A DNA stretch of 32,000 nucleotides. Origin: Zymomonas mobilis subsp. mobilis ATCC 10988 (GTDB lineage: Bacteria; Pseudomonadota; Alphaproteobacteria; Sphingomonadales; Sphingomonadaceae). Shown piece after piece: positions 23,211 to 32,000 of the stretch. Every line of letters begins with the position of its first letter. The stretch's first letter is position 1. The DNA is taken from positions 1,050,001-1,082,000 of the forward strand of contig NC_017262.1 in the NCBI RefSeq assembly GCF_000175255.2. The letters run 5' to 3'. The translations under genes were made by a program, and so were the position numbers. The notes under the pieces were generated by a model. The model was not told the DNA's origin. It ran no database searches and worked only from the letters and a program-made list of their open reading frames with translations.

Positions 23211-24632
23211 ATGAGTTCTGAAAGTAGTCAGGGTCTAGTCACGCGACTAGCCCTAATCGCTGCTATAGGCGGCTTGCTTTTCGGTTACGATTCAGCGGTT
23301 ATCGCTGCAATCGGTACACCGGTTGATATCCATTTTATTGCCCCTCGTCACCTGTCTGCTACGGCTGCGGCTTCCCTTTCTGGGATGGTCGTTGTTGCTG
23401 TTTTGGTCGGTTGTGTTACCGGTTCTTTGCTGTCTGGCTGGATTGGTATTCGCTTCGGTCGTCGCGGCGGATTGTTGATGAGTTCCATTTGTTTCGTCGC
23501 CGCCGGTTTTGGTGCTGCGTTAACCGAAAAATTATTTGGAACCGGTGGTTCGGCTTTACAAATTTTTTGCTTTTTCCGGTTTCTTGCCGGTTTAGGTATC
23601 GGTGTCGTTTCAACCTTGACCCCAACCTATATTGCTGAAATTGCTCCGCCAGACAAACGTGGTCAGATGGTTTCTGGTCAGCAGATGGCCATTGTGACGG
23701 GTGCTTTAACCGGTTATATCTTTACCTGGTTACTGGCTCATTTCGGTTCTATCGATTGGGTTAATGCCAGTGGTTGGTGCTGGTCTCCGGCTTCAGAAGG
23801 CCTGATCGGTATTGCCTTCTTATTGCTGCTGTTAACCGCACCGGATACGCCGCATTGGTTGGTGATGAAGGGACGTCATTCCGAGGCTAGCAAAATCCTT
23901 GCTCGTCTGGAACCGCAAGCCGATCCTAATCTGACGATTCAAAAGATTAAAGCTGGCTTTGATAAAGCCATGGACAAAAGCAGCGCAGGTTTGTTTGCTT
24001 TTGGTATCACCGTTGTTTTTGCCGGGGTATCCGTTGCTGCCTTCCAGCAGTTGGTCGGTATTAACGCCGTGCTGTATTATGCACCGCAGATGTTCCAGAA
24101 TTTAGGTTTTGGAGCTGATACGGCATTATTGCAGACCATCTCTATCGGTGTTGTGAACTTCATCTTCACCATGATTGCTTCCCGTGTTGTTGACCGCTTC
24201 GGCCGTAAACCTCTGCTTATTTGGGGTGCTCTCGGTATGGCTGCAATGATGGCTGTTTTAGGCTGCTGTTTCTGGTTCAAAGTCGGTGGTGTTTTGCCTT
24301 TGGCTTCTGTGCTTCTTTATATTGCAGTCTTTGGCATGTCATGGGGCCCTGTCTGCTGGGTTGTTCTGTCAGAAATGTTCCCGAGTTCCATCAAGGGCGC
24401 AGCTATGCCTATCGCTGTTACCGGACAATGGTTAGCTAATATCTTGGTTAACTTCCTGTTTAAGGTTGCTGATGGTTCTCCAGCATTGAATCAGACTTTC
24501 AACCACGGTTTCTCCTATCTCGTTTTCGCAGCATTAAGTATCTTAGGTGGCTTGATTGTTGCTCGCTTCGTGCCGGAAACCAAAGGTCGGAGCCTGGATG
24601 AAATCGAGGAGATGTGGCGCTCCCAGAAGTAG
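23211..24632 (+). CDS. glf: Glucose facilitator, MFS sugar porter family
   Basis: GGLLFGYDSAVIAAIG, SGWIGIRFGRRGG, PTYIAEIAPPDKRGQMVS, QQLVGINAVLYYAPQMF, VPETKGRSLDEIEEMW; first gene of the Entner-Doudoroff cluster. Confidence 0.96.
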   Translation: MSSESSQGLVTRLALIAAIGGLLFGYDSAVIAAIGTPVDIHFIAPRHLSATAAASLSGMVVVAVLVGCVTGSLLSGWIGIRFGRRGGLLMSSICFVAAGFGAALTEKLFGTGGSALQIFCFFRFLAGLGIGVVSTLTPTYIAEIAPPDKRGQMVSGQQMAIVTGALTGYIFTWLLAHFGSIDWVNASGWCWSPASEGLIGIAFLLLLLTAPDTPHWLVMKGRHSEASKILARLEPQADPNLTIQKIKAGFDKAMDKSSAGLFAFGITVVFAGVSVAAFQQLVGINAVLYYAPQMFQNLGFGADTALLQTISIGVVNFIFTMIASRVVDRFGRKPLLIWGALGMAAMMAVLGCCFWFKVGGVLPLASVLLYIAVFGMSWGPVCWVVLSEMFPSSIKGAAMPIAVTGQWLANILVNFLFKVADGSPALNQTFNHGFSYLVFAALSILGGLIVARFVPETKGRSLDEIEEMWRSQK

Positions 24633-24777
24633 TTAAACTTGCTTTGGCTGAATCCTTTTGTCTTTTTTAGATAAGTCTTAACCAATTATACTTTTTGTTT
24701 ACAACGATGGTATAAAGCGGGCGGACAGGCTAAAAACAGGCTAAAAGGATTCGGCCTCTGTTTTAAGGACGAGAATA

Positions 24778-26235
24778 ATGACAAATACCGTTTCGACGAT
24801 GATATTGTTTGGCTCGACTGGCGACCTTTCACAGCGTATGCTGTTGCCGTCGCTTTATGGTCTTGATGCCGATGGTTTGCTTGCAGATGATCTGCGTATC
24901 GTCTGCACCTCTCGTAGCGAATACGACACAGATGGTTTCCGTGATTTTGCAGAAAAAGCTTTAGATCGCTTTGTCGCTTCTGACCGGTTAAATGATGACG
25001 CTAAAGCTAAATTCCTTAACAAGCTTTTCTACGCGACGGTCGATATTACGGATCCGACCCAATTCGGAAAATTAGCTGACCTTTGTGGCCCGGTCGAAAA
25101 AGGTATCGCCATTTATCTTTCGACTGCGCCTTCTTTGTTTGAAGGGGCAATCGCTGGCCTGAAACAGGCTGGTCTGGCTGGTCCAACTTCTCGCCTGGCG
25201 CTTGAAAAACCTTTAGGTCAGGATCTTGCTTCTTCCGATCATATTAATGATGCGGTTTTGAAAGTTTTCTCTGAAAAGCAAGTTTATCGTATTGACCATT
25301 ATCTGGGTAAAGAAACGGTTCAGAATCTTCTGACCCTGCGTTTTGGTAATGCTTTGTTTGAACCGCTTTGGAATTCAAAAGGCATTGACCACGTTCAGAT
25401 CAGCGTTGCTGAAACGGTTGGTCTTGAAGGTCGTATCGGTTATTTCGACGGTTCTGGCAGCTTGCGCGATATGGTTCAAAGCCATATCCTTCAGTTGGTC
25501 GCTTTGGTTGCAATGGAACCGCCGGCTCATATGGAAGCCAACGCTGTTCGTGACGAAAAGGTAAAAGTTTTCCGCGCTCTGCGTCCGATCAATAACGACA
25601 CCGTCTTTACGCATACCGTTACCGGTCAATATGGTGCCGGTGTTTCTGGTGGTAAAGAAGTTGCCGGTTACATTGACGAACTGGGTCAGCCTTCCGATAC
25701 CGAAACCTTTGTTGCTATCAAAGCGCATGTTGATAACTGGCGTTGGCAGGGTGTTCCGTTCTATATCCGCACTGGTAAGCGTTTACCTGCACGTCGTTCT
25801 GAAATCGTGGTGCAGTTTAAACCTGTTCCGCATTCGATTTTCTCTTCTTCAGGTGGTATCTTGCAGCCGAACAAGCTGCGTATTGTCTTACAGCCTGATG
25901 AAACCATCCAGATTTCTATGATGGTGAAAGAACCGGGTCTTGACCGTAACGGTGCGCATATGCGTGAAGTTTGGCTGGATCTTTCCCTCACGGATGTGTT
26001 TAAAGACCGTAAACGTCGTATCGCTTATGAACGCCTGATGCTTGATCTTATCGAAGGCGATGCTACTTTATTTGTGCGTCGTGACGAAGTTGAGGCGCAG
26101 TGGGTTTGGATTGACGGAATTCGTGAAGGCTGGAAAGCCAACAGTATGAAGCCAAAAACCTATGTCTCTGGTACATGGGGGCCTTCAACTGCTATAGCTC
26201 TGGCCGAACGTGATGGAGTAACTTGGTATGACTGA
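24778..26235 (+). CDS. zwf: Glucose-6-phosphate 1-dehydrogenase
   Basis: [51 protein letters not shown]; ends 8 nt inside the following edd gene. Confidence 0.97.
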   Translation: MTNTVSTMILFGSTGDLSQRMLLPSLYGLDADGLLADDLRIVCTSRSEYDTDGFRDFAEKALDRFVASDRLNDDAKAKFLNKLFYATVDITDPTQFGKLADLCGPVEKGIAIYLSTAPSLFEGAIAGLKQAGLAGPTSRLALEKPLGQDLASSDHINDAVLKVFSEKQVYRIDHYLGKETVQNLLTLRFGNALFEPLWNSKGIDHVQISVAETVGLEGRIGYFDGSGSLRDMVQSHILQLVALVAMEPPAHMEANAVRDEKVKVFRALRPINNDTVFTHTVTGQYGAGVSGGKEVAGYIDELGQPSDTETFVAIKAHVDNWRWQGVPFYIRTGKRLPARRSEIVVQFKPVPHSIFSSSGGILQPNKLRIVLQPDETIQISMMVKEPGLDRNGAHMREVWLDLSLTDVFKDRKRRIAYERLMLDLIEGDATLFVRRDEVEAQWVWIDGIREGWKANSMKPKTYVSGTWGPSTAIALAERDGVTWYD

Positions 26236-28051
26236 TCTGCATTCAACGGTAGAAAAGGTTACCGCGCGCGTTATTGAACGCTCGCGGGAAACCCGTAAGG
26301 CTTATCTGGATTTGATCCAGTATGAGCGGGAAAAAGGCGTAGACCGTCCAAACCTGTCCTGTAGTAACCTTGCTCATGGCTTTGCGGCTATGAATGGTGA
26401 CAAGCCAGCTTTGCGCGACTTCAACCGCATGAATATCGGCGTCGTGACTTCCTACAACGATATGTTGTCGGCTCATGAACCATATTATCGCTATCCGGAG
26501 CAGATGAAAGTATTTGCTCGCGAAGTTGGCGCAACGGTTCAGGTCGCCGGTGGCGTGCCTGCTATGTGCGATGGTGTGACCCAAGGTCAGCCGGGCATGG
26601 AAGAATCCCTGTTTAGCCGCGATGTCATCGCTTTGGCTACCAGCGTTTCTTTGTCTCATGGTATGTTTGAAGGGGCTGCCCTTCTCGGTATCTGTGACAA
26701 GATTGTCCCTGGTCTGTTGATGGGCGCTCTGCGCTTCGGTCACCTGCCGACCATTCTGGTCCCATCAGGCCCGATGACGACCGGTATCCCGAACAAAGAA
26801 AAAATCCGCATCCGTCAGCTCTATGCTCAGGGTAAAATCGGCCAGAAAGAACTTCTGGATATGGAAGCGGCTTGCTACCATGCTGAAGGTACCTGCACCT
26901 TCTATGGTACGGCAAACACCAACCAGATGGTTATGGAAGTCCTCGGTCTTCATATGCCAGGTTCGGCATTTGTTACCCCGGGTACCCCGCTCCGTCAGGC
27001 TCTGACCCGTGCTGCTGTGCATCGCGTTGCTGAATTGGGTTGGAAGGGCGACGATTATCGTCCGCTTGGTAAGATCATTGATGAAAAATCAATCGTCAAT
27101 GCTATTGTTGGTCTGTTGGCAACCGGTGGTTCCACCAACCATACCATGCATATTCCGGCCATTGCTCGTGCTGCTGGTGTTATCGTTAACTGGAATGACT
27201 TCCATGATCTTTCTGAAGTTGTTCCGTTGATTGCCCGCATTTACCCGAATGGCCCGCGCGACATCAATGAATTCCAGAATGCAGGCGGCATGGCTTATGT
27301 CATTAAAGAACTGCTTTCTGCTAATCTGTTGAACCGTGACGTCACGACCATTGCCAAGGGCGGTATCGAAGAATACGCCAAGGCTCCGGCATTAAATGAT
27401 GCTGGCGAATTGGTATGGAAGCCAGCTGGCGAACCTGGTGATGACACCATTCTGCGTCCGGTTTCTAATCCTTTCGCAAAAGATGGCGGTCTGCGTCTCT
27501 TGGAAGGTAACCTTGGACGTGCAATGTACAAGGCCAGTGCTGTTGATCCTAAATTCTGGACCATTGAAGCACCTGTTCGCGTCTTCTCTGACCAAGACGA
27601 TGTTCAGAAAGCTTTCAAGGCTGGCGAATTGAACAAAGACGTTATCGTTGTTGTTCGTTTCCAGGGCCCGCGCGCAAACGGTATGCCTGAATTGCATAAG
27701 CTGACCCCGGCTTTGGGTGTTCTGCAGGATAATGGCTACAAAGTTGCTTTGGTAACTGATGGTCGTATGTCCGGTGCTACCGGTAAAGTTCCGGTTGCTT
27801 TGCATGTCAGCCCAGAAGCTCTTGGCGGTGGTGCCATCGGTAAATTACGTGATGGCGATATCGTCCGTATCTCGGTTGAAGAAGGCAAACTTGAAGCTTT
27901 GGTTCCAGCTGATGAGTGGAATGCTCGTCCGCATGCTGAAAAACCGGCTTTCCGTCCGGGAACCGGACGCGAATTGTTTGATATCTTCCGTCAGAACGCT
28001 GCTAAAGCTGAAGACGGTGCAGTCGCAATATATGCAGGTGCCGGTATCTAA
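26228..28051 (+). CDS. edd: Phosphogluconate dehydratase (Entner-Doudoroff dehydratase)
   Basis: IlvD/Edd family: [92 protein letters not shown]. Confidence 0.97.
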   Translation: MTDLHSTVEKVTARVIERSRETRKAYLDLIQYEREKGVDRPNLSCSNLAHGFAAMNGDKPALRDFNRMNIGVVTSYNDMLSAHEPYYRYPEQMKVFAREVGATVQVAGGVPAMCDGVTQGQPGMEESLFSRDVIALATSVSLSHGMFEGAALLGICDKIVPGLLMGALRFGHLPTILVPSGPMTTGIPNKEKIRIRQLYAQGKIGQKELLDMEAACYHAEGTCTFYGTANTNQMVMEVLGLHMPGSAFVTPGTPLRQALTRAAVHRVAELGWKGDDYRPLGKIIDEKSIVNAIVGLLATGGSTNHTMHIPAIARAAGVIVNWNDFHDLSEVVPLIARIYPNGPRDINEFQNAGGMAYVIKELLSANLLNRDVTTIAKGGIEEYAKAPALNDAGELVWKPAGEPGDDTILRPVSNPFAKDGGLRLLEGNLGRAMYKASAVDPKFWTIEAPVRVFSDQDDVQKAFKAGELNKDVIVVVRFQGPRANGMPELHKLTPALGVLQDNGYKVALVTDGRMSGATGKVPVALHVSPEALGGGAIGKLRDGDIVRISVEEGKLEALVPADEWNARPHAEKPAFRPGTGRELFDIFRQNAAKAEDGAVAIYAGAGI

Positions 28052-28095
28052 TTTTTCCAGCGAAAAATTGTAGACTTGGACTTTGTAATCTTATT

Positions 28096-28125
28096 TTCTG
28101 GTATAGGGGTATCCCTATACCAGAA
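28096..28125. promoter_or_regulatory. Perfect 13 bp inverted repeat in the edd-glk spacer (intercistronic hairpin)
   Basis: TTCTGGTATAGGG-GTAT-CCCTATACCAGAA; not followed by a U tract. Confidence 0.75.
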
Positions 28126-28183
28126 CTGAAATCAGACTTATTTTACCTGTTGGGTAGCCTTCTGATTTTAGAAAGGAATTATT

Positions 28184-29158
28184 ATGGAAATTGTTGCGAT
28201 TGACATCGGTGGAACGCATGCGCGTTTCTCTATTGCGGAAGTAAGCAATGGTCGGGTTCTTTCTCTTGGAGAAGAAACGACTTTTAAAACGGCAGAACAT
28301 GCTAGCTTGCAGTTAGCTTGGGAACGTTTCGGTGAAAAACTGGGTCGTCCTCTGCCACGTGCCGCAGCTATTGCATGGGCTGGCCCGGTTCATGGTGAAG
28401 TTTTAAAACTTACCAATAACCCTTGGGTATTAAGACCAGCTACTCTGAATGAAAAGCTGGACATCGATACGCATGTTCTGATCAATGACTTCGGTGCGGT
28501 TGCCCACGCGGTTGCGCATATGGATTCTTCTTATCTGGATCATATTTGTGGTCCTGATGAAGCGCTTCCTAGCGATGGTGTTATCACTATTCTTGGTCCG
28601 GGAACGGGCTTGGGTGTTGCCCATCTGTTGCGTACCGAAGGCCGTTATTTCGTCATCGAAACTGAAGGCGGTCATATCGACTTTGCTCCGCTTGACAGAC
28701 TTGAAGACAAAATTCTGGCACGTTTACGTGAACGTTTCCGCCGCGTTTCTATCGAACGCATTATTTCTGGCCCGGGTCTTGGTAATATCTACGAAGCACT
28801 GGCTGCCATTGAAGGCGTTCCGTTCAGCTTGCTGGATGATATTAAATTATGGCAGATGGCTTTGGAAGGTAAAGACAACCTTGCTGAAGCCGCTTTGGAT
28901 CGCTTCTGCTTGAGCCTTGGCGCTATCGCTGGTGATCTTGCTTTGGCACAGGGTGCAACCAGTGTTGTTATTGGCGGTGGTGTCGGTCTTCGTATCGCTT
29001 CCCATTTGCCGGAATCTGGCTTCCGTCAGCGCTTTGTTTCAAAAGGACGCTTTGAACGCGTCATGTCCAAGATTCCGGTTAAGTTGATTACTTATCCGCA
29101 GCCTGGACTGTTGGGTGCGGCAGCTGCCTATGCCAACAAATATTCTGAAGTTGAATAA
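28184..29158 (+). CDS. glk: Glucokinase
   Basis: MEIVAIDIGGTHARFSIAEV, LINDFGAVAHAVA, ILGPGTGLGVAHL, IETEGGHIDFAP, GGGVGLR. Confidence 0.96.
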   Translation: MEIVAIDIGGTHARFSIAEVSNGRVLSLGEETTFKTAEHASLQLAWERFGEKLGRPLPRAAAIAWAGPVHGEVLKLTNNPWVLRPATLNEKLDIDTHVLINDFGAVAHAVAHMDSSYLDHICGPDEALPSDGVITILGPGTGLGVAHLLRTEGRYFVIETEGGHIDFAPLDRLEDKILARLRERFRRVSIERIISGPGLGNIYEALAAIEGVPFSLLDDIKLWQMALEGKDNLAEAALDRFCLSLGAIAGDLALAQGATSVVIGGGVGLRIASHLPESGFRQRFVSKGRFERVMSKIPVKLITYPQPGLLGAAAAYANKYSEVE

Positions 29159-29189
29159 TATTTTTTAATATTATGAACTGAATTTAAGA

Positions 29190-29228
29190 GGCTGCCTTCC
29201 GATAAAATCGGGAGGTGGCCTTTTTTAT
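29190..29228 (+). terminator. Rho-independent terminator downstream of glk
   Basis: GGCTGCCTTCCGAT-AAA-ATCGGGAGGTGGCC (with G-U pairs) followed by TTTTTTAT. Confidence 0.85.
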
Positions 29229-29660
29229 ATTTTTTACTAAAAAATGAAGACAAAAAATTCTTAAGTAAGAATAATATTATTATTAACTTGTGATATATTT
29301 TGTATTAGTTCTTCTTGGTAAAGAATTATTTTTGATAAATTTTGTCTAATATCCTATATTTTAAATATTTTTTATAATATTTTTTTAATAAAATTGACGT
29401 GATATTTAGGGGTTTGTGTAGAAAAATGAGATAATATTTAGAATTATTGATTTAATTCTATCTAGATTCATCTTAGAAATTAATGAATATTAAGAAGAGG
29501 CCATCGGCTATTGGAGTCGAATTAATATATATACACCGTATATCATATAAACGACTATCCGACCGAAATTATAGAAATTCGATCGAGGATAGCCATTCTA
29601 AATTAAATTATCCTGTATGCTCTTCTACTCTTTCAAGAAGAACATCGCGTTCAAGATAAC

Positions 29661-30350
29661 TTACGCCAGTGCGAATTTGACAGCAGCTTCTGCATGAATT
29701 TGTGTGGAGTCATAGCAGGGCAAATCAAGCATATCTTGCTTGATCAGCAGAGGGATTTCAGTACATCCGAGGATGACGGAATCAACACCTTCTGCACGGG
29801 CTTTCTCAATTATCTTAAGATAACCCTGCCGTGATGACTCTTTGACTTCACCCTGACAAAGTTCATCAAAAATCACATCATGGACGAAGCCTCTATCTTC
29901 GTCTTCCGGTGTAATCACATCAAGACCCTGATTTTTCATGCGGTCAGTATAGAAGCCATGTTCCATCGTATAGCGCGTTGCCAAGAGGAGAGGGCGTTTA
30001 CGACCATCTTTCTTTAAGGCTTTAGCTGTCTCATCAACAATATTGATAAGAGGGACAGCTGATATCTCAGCGACGGCATCAGCGACGAGATGCATCGTGT
30101 TAGTGCAAATGAGGACACAATCGGCTCCAGCCTTTGCTAAGCCTGCCCCAGCGGCACCGAGAAGCTTGGCAGCGTCATCCCAGCGGTCAGCCTTTTGAAG
30201 CGCAACAACCTCTGCAAAGTTCAAAGAATGCATAAGCAGATCTGCTGAGACTAATCCACCGCGTGCATCACGGATAGCTTCATTGATAATCTGGTAATAA
30301 GTGACCGTGGATTCCCAACTCATACCGCCAATAAGGCCGATTTTTTTCAT
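29661..30350 (-). CDS. Aspartate/glutamate racemase family protein (YgeA-like)
   Basis: MKKIGLIGGMSWESTVTYYQIINEA, VLICTNTMHLVAD, VILGCTEIPLLI: paired catalytic Cys motifs of the Asp/Glu racemase family. Confidence 0.92.
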   Translation of the reverse strand: MKKIGLIGGMSWESTVTYYQIINEAIRDARGGLVSADLLMHSLNFAEVVALQKADRWDDAAKLLGAAGAGLAKAGADCVLICTNTMHLVADAVAEISAVPLINIVDETAKALKKDGRKRPLLLATRYTMEHGFYTDRMKNQGLDVITPEDEDRGFVHDVIFDELCQGEVKESSRQGYLKIIEKARAEGVDSVILGCTEIPLLIKQDMLDLPCYDSTQIHAEAAVKFALA

Positions 30351-30506
30351 ATGCCAATCTCACGAAACTGATTGTTAATAGCCCTAAGAATGCCATGCCT
30401 TTTGTAAAAAAAACGCGCTTTTTTTGAGGAATTTAAGGGTAAAACTGCAAATTATTTTCTTATTATTAGGAATAAATGCAAAAATATTGTTCTTATAGAA
30501 GAGTCG

Positions 30507-30983
30507 GTGTATCATTTTTCGATGATCGACTACCGAGACCGGCATATATTATCTTTATTACAAGCTAACGCAGAAATGCCATTGGCCGAGATTGCGGAAC
30601 GGGTTGCTCTATCTGTTTCGGCTTGTTCTCGTCGTGTCGCGCGATTGCGTGAGGAAGGCTATATAAAAGGCACTATTGCTCTTTTGGATAGAAAGAAGAT
30701 CAATCTTCCGACAACTATTTTCCTTCTTGTCAAAACGGGATTGCACACAGGAAATTATCTTGAGCAATTTCATGCAGCCGTGAGTGCCATTCCTGAAATC
30801 GTCGAAGTCCATAGGCTCACTGGAAATTTTGATTATATTTTAAAATTAGCTTTGCCGAATGTCGAATATTATGATGTTATTTATAAACAGATACTAAAAC
30901 ATGTCGCCTTCTATGATATGTCTGCCTATATTTCTATGGAGACAGTAAAAATATCACCTGCTTTACCGACAAATTATATTTAA
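30507..30983 (+). CDS. Lrp/AsnC-family transcriptional regulator
   Basis: [53 protein letters not shown] domain plus C-terminal effector-like domain; start may be 30522. Confidence 0.93.
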   Translation: MYHFSMIDYRDRHILSLLQANAEMPLAEIAERVALSVSACSRRVARLREEGYIKGTIALLDRKKINLPTTIFLLVKTGLHTGNYLEQFHAAVSAIPEIVEVHRLTGNFDYILKLALPNVEYYDVIYKQILKHVAFYDMSAYISMETVKISPALPTNYI

Positions 30984-31336
30984 AAAGAATTTTCTTCTAA
31001 AATTTTATTAAATAATTCGTCATCTTGGCTAAGATTTTTTTTACCTATATCAATTTCTTGTAAAAAAGCGATAATTTGATCTATCTTATTTTCTGAAATT
31101 TGGGATTGTTGGCTTTGGTATAGTAAGAAATCAAGAATAGAAGGCATGCCAGCCGCTTGCGCTATAGCTTCAAGATTTTTGACAGACATCACCGAATGAT
31201 GATTCATATCGACGGCGCGTGAAAGCGTTGTCGCGGCCTTTATATTAGCTCTACGTGCTAATTCTGCCCAGCTTACATCCATTTTATCTCGGATGCTGTA
31301 AAGCCATTTGGCAATAATCTCTTTTTGTCTCATCAC
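30980..31336 (-). CDS. Small helix-turn-helix (XRE/phage-repressor-like) protein
   Basis: [51 protein letters not shown] resembles a Cro/CI-like HTH; terminal overlap with the lrp-like gene. Confidence 0.6.
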   Translation of the reverse strand: MMRQKEIIAKWLYSIRDKMDVSWAELARRANIKAATTLSRAVDMNHHSVMSVKNLEAIAQAAGMPSILDFLLYQSQQSQISENKIDQIIAFLQEIDIGKKNLSQDDELFNKILEENSF

Positions 31337-31482
31337 CTTATCTCAGTAATAAGTGAGGCTGAAGGTAATCTTTATATAAATGAGTATATAAACAAAATGT
31401 TAAATTTTATAAAAATGATATTGTTTTGTTGTAATAATATTCAGAATATTAAGGCTATTGGATAGATAACAAGAAATATATT

Positions 31483-31701
31483 ATGAACTATCACTCAAAA
31501 CACTTGGGAAGGCCAAGTGGAAAGCTAACAAAACGCCGTAAAGAAATTCTGGAATATTGGAGACAATATGGCCCTGTCTCTTTAGGAAAATTGGCACGTG
31601 ACTGCCATATTTTTGATAGGTCTACAGCAAGACGGTTTCTAATAACCTTTGAAAAAATGGGTATTTTACAGCCGCCTCGGGCAAATTTTTTAAAAAAATA
31701 G
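31483..31701 (+). CDS. Small (72 aa) winged-HTH-like hypothetical protein
   Basis: KRRKEILEYWRQYGPVSLGKLARDCHIFDRSTARRFLITFEKMGILQPPR reads as a short HTH domain; AT-rich surroundings. Confidence 0.5.
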   Translation: MNYHSKHLGRPSGKLTKRRKEILEYWRQYGPVSLGKLARDCHIFDRSTARRFLITFEKMGILQPPRANFLKK

Positions 31702-32000
31702 AGAAAAAATAAAAAATCTATTTTTATGTTGTAAATTAAAAAATATACAATGATTTATCAGGTTAAATAATTTTTTAAAAAACATTATATTAAAAAATAT
31801 TTTTACTTGTTGTAAAATAATATTTATTAAAATTTATGTAATATTTATTTTAAAATTGGAGATTTATATGGTTGCAAAAGATTTGTTTTTGGAATTTTAG
31901 TCTCTTTTCTCATATATCTGAAATATATTGAGACAATTCAATATTGATAAACCAAACATGTTTGGGCGTTTTTGGTATAATTATTCAATTTATTTTAGAA

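Noticed and set aside
24725-24746. Possible CRISPR-like array
   Set aside because: There are only two contiguous 11 bp copies with no spacers. I saw no regularly spaced repeat array anywhere in the window.
31702-32000. AT-rich right edge as a possible origin, toxin-antitoxin or phage attachment site
   Set aside because: It has only A/T runs with no clear iterons, tRNA or ORF; it is too close to the window edge to support any call.

Overview
This 32 kb window is mostly core chromosome of an alphaproteobacterium. The gene order glf-zwf-edd-glk at 23.2-29.2 kb (glucose facilitator, G6P dehydrogenase, Entner-Doudoroff dehydratase, glucokinase) is, from general knowledge, the Zymomonas mobilis arrangement. 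Left to right: (i) the 3' part of a large SF1 helicase gene with a C-terminal nuclease-like domain, truncated by the window edge; (ii) a TagB/TagF-like glycerophosphotransferase-family gene followed by a cytidylyltransferase+SDR fusion resembling Bcs1/TarI-TarJ; (iii) mutL (minus strand); (iv) the cell-shape cluster mreB-mreC-mreD-mrdA-rodA; (v) an outer-membrane beta-barrel gene with an in-frame TGA; (vi) uvrB, whose 3' end is interrupted by an IS5-family (IS427-like) element; the displaced native C-terminal codons and probable terminator lie beyond the IS; (vii) tgt and ligA; (viii) the glf-zwf-edd-glk operon with several inverted and direct repeats in its spacers; (ix) a divergent aspartate-racemase-like / Lrp-like pair and two small HTH-like genes in AT-rich DNA. 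I found no CRISPR array, tRNA or rRNA. The best candidates for something under-described are the CDP-alditol-type gene pair at 3.4-6.4 kb, the helicase-nuclease at the left edge, the IS-created chimeric uvrB, the nonsense-interrupted beta-barrel gene, and a structured intergenic element near 29.5 kb. I cannot claim a demonstrated new system. All family assignments come from reading the sequence; no database search was run.
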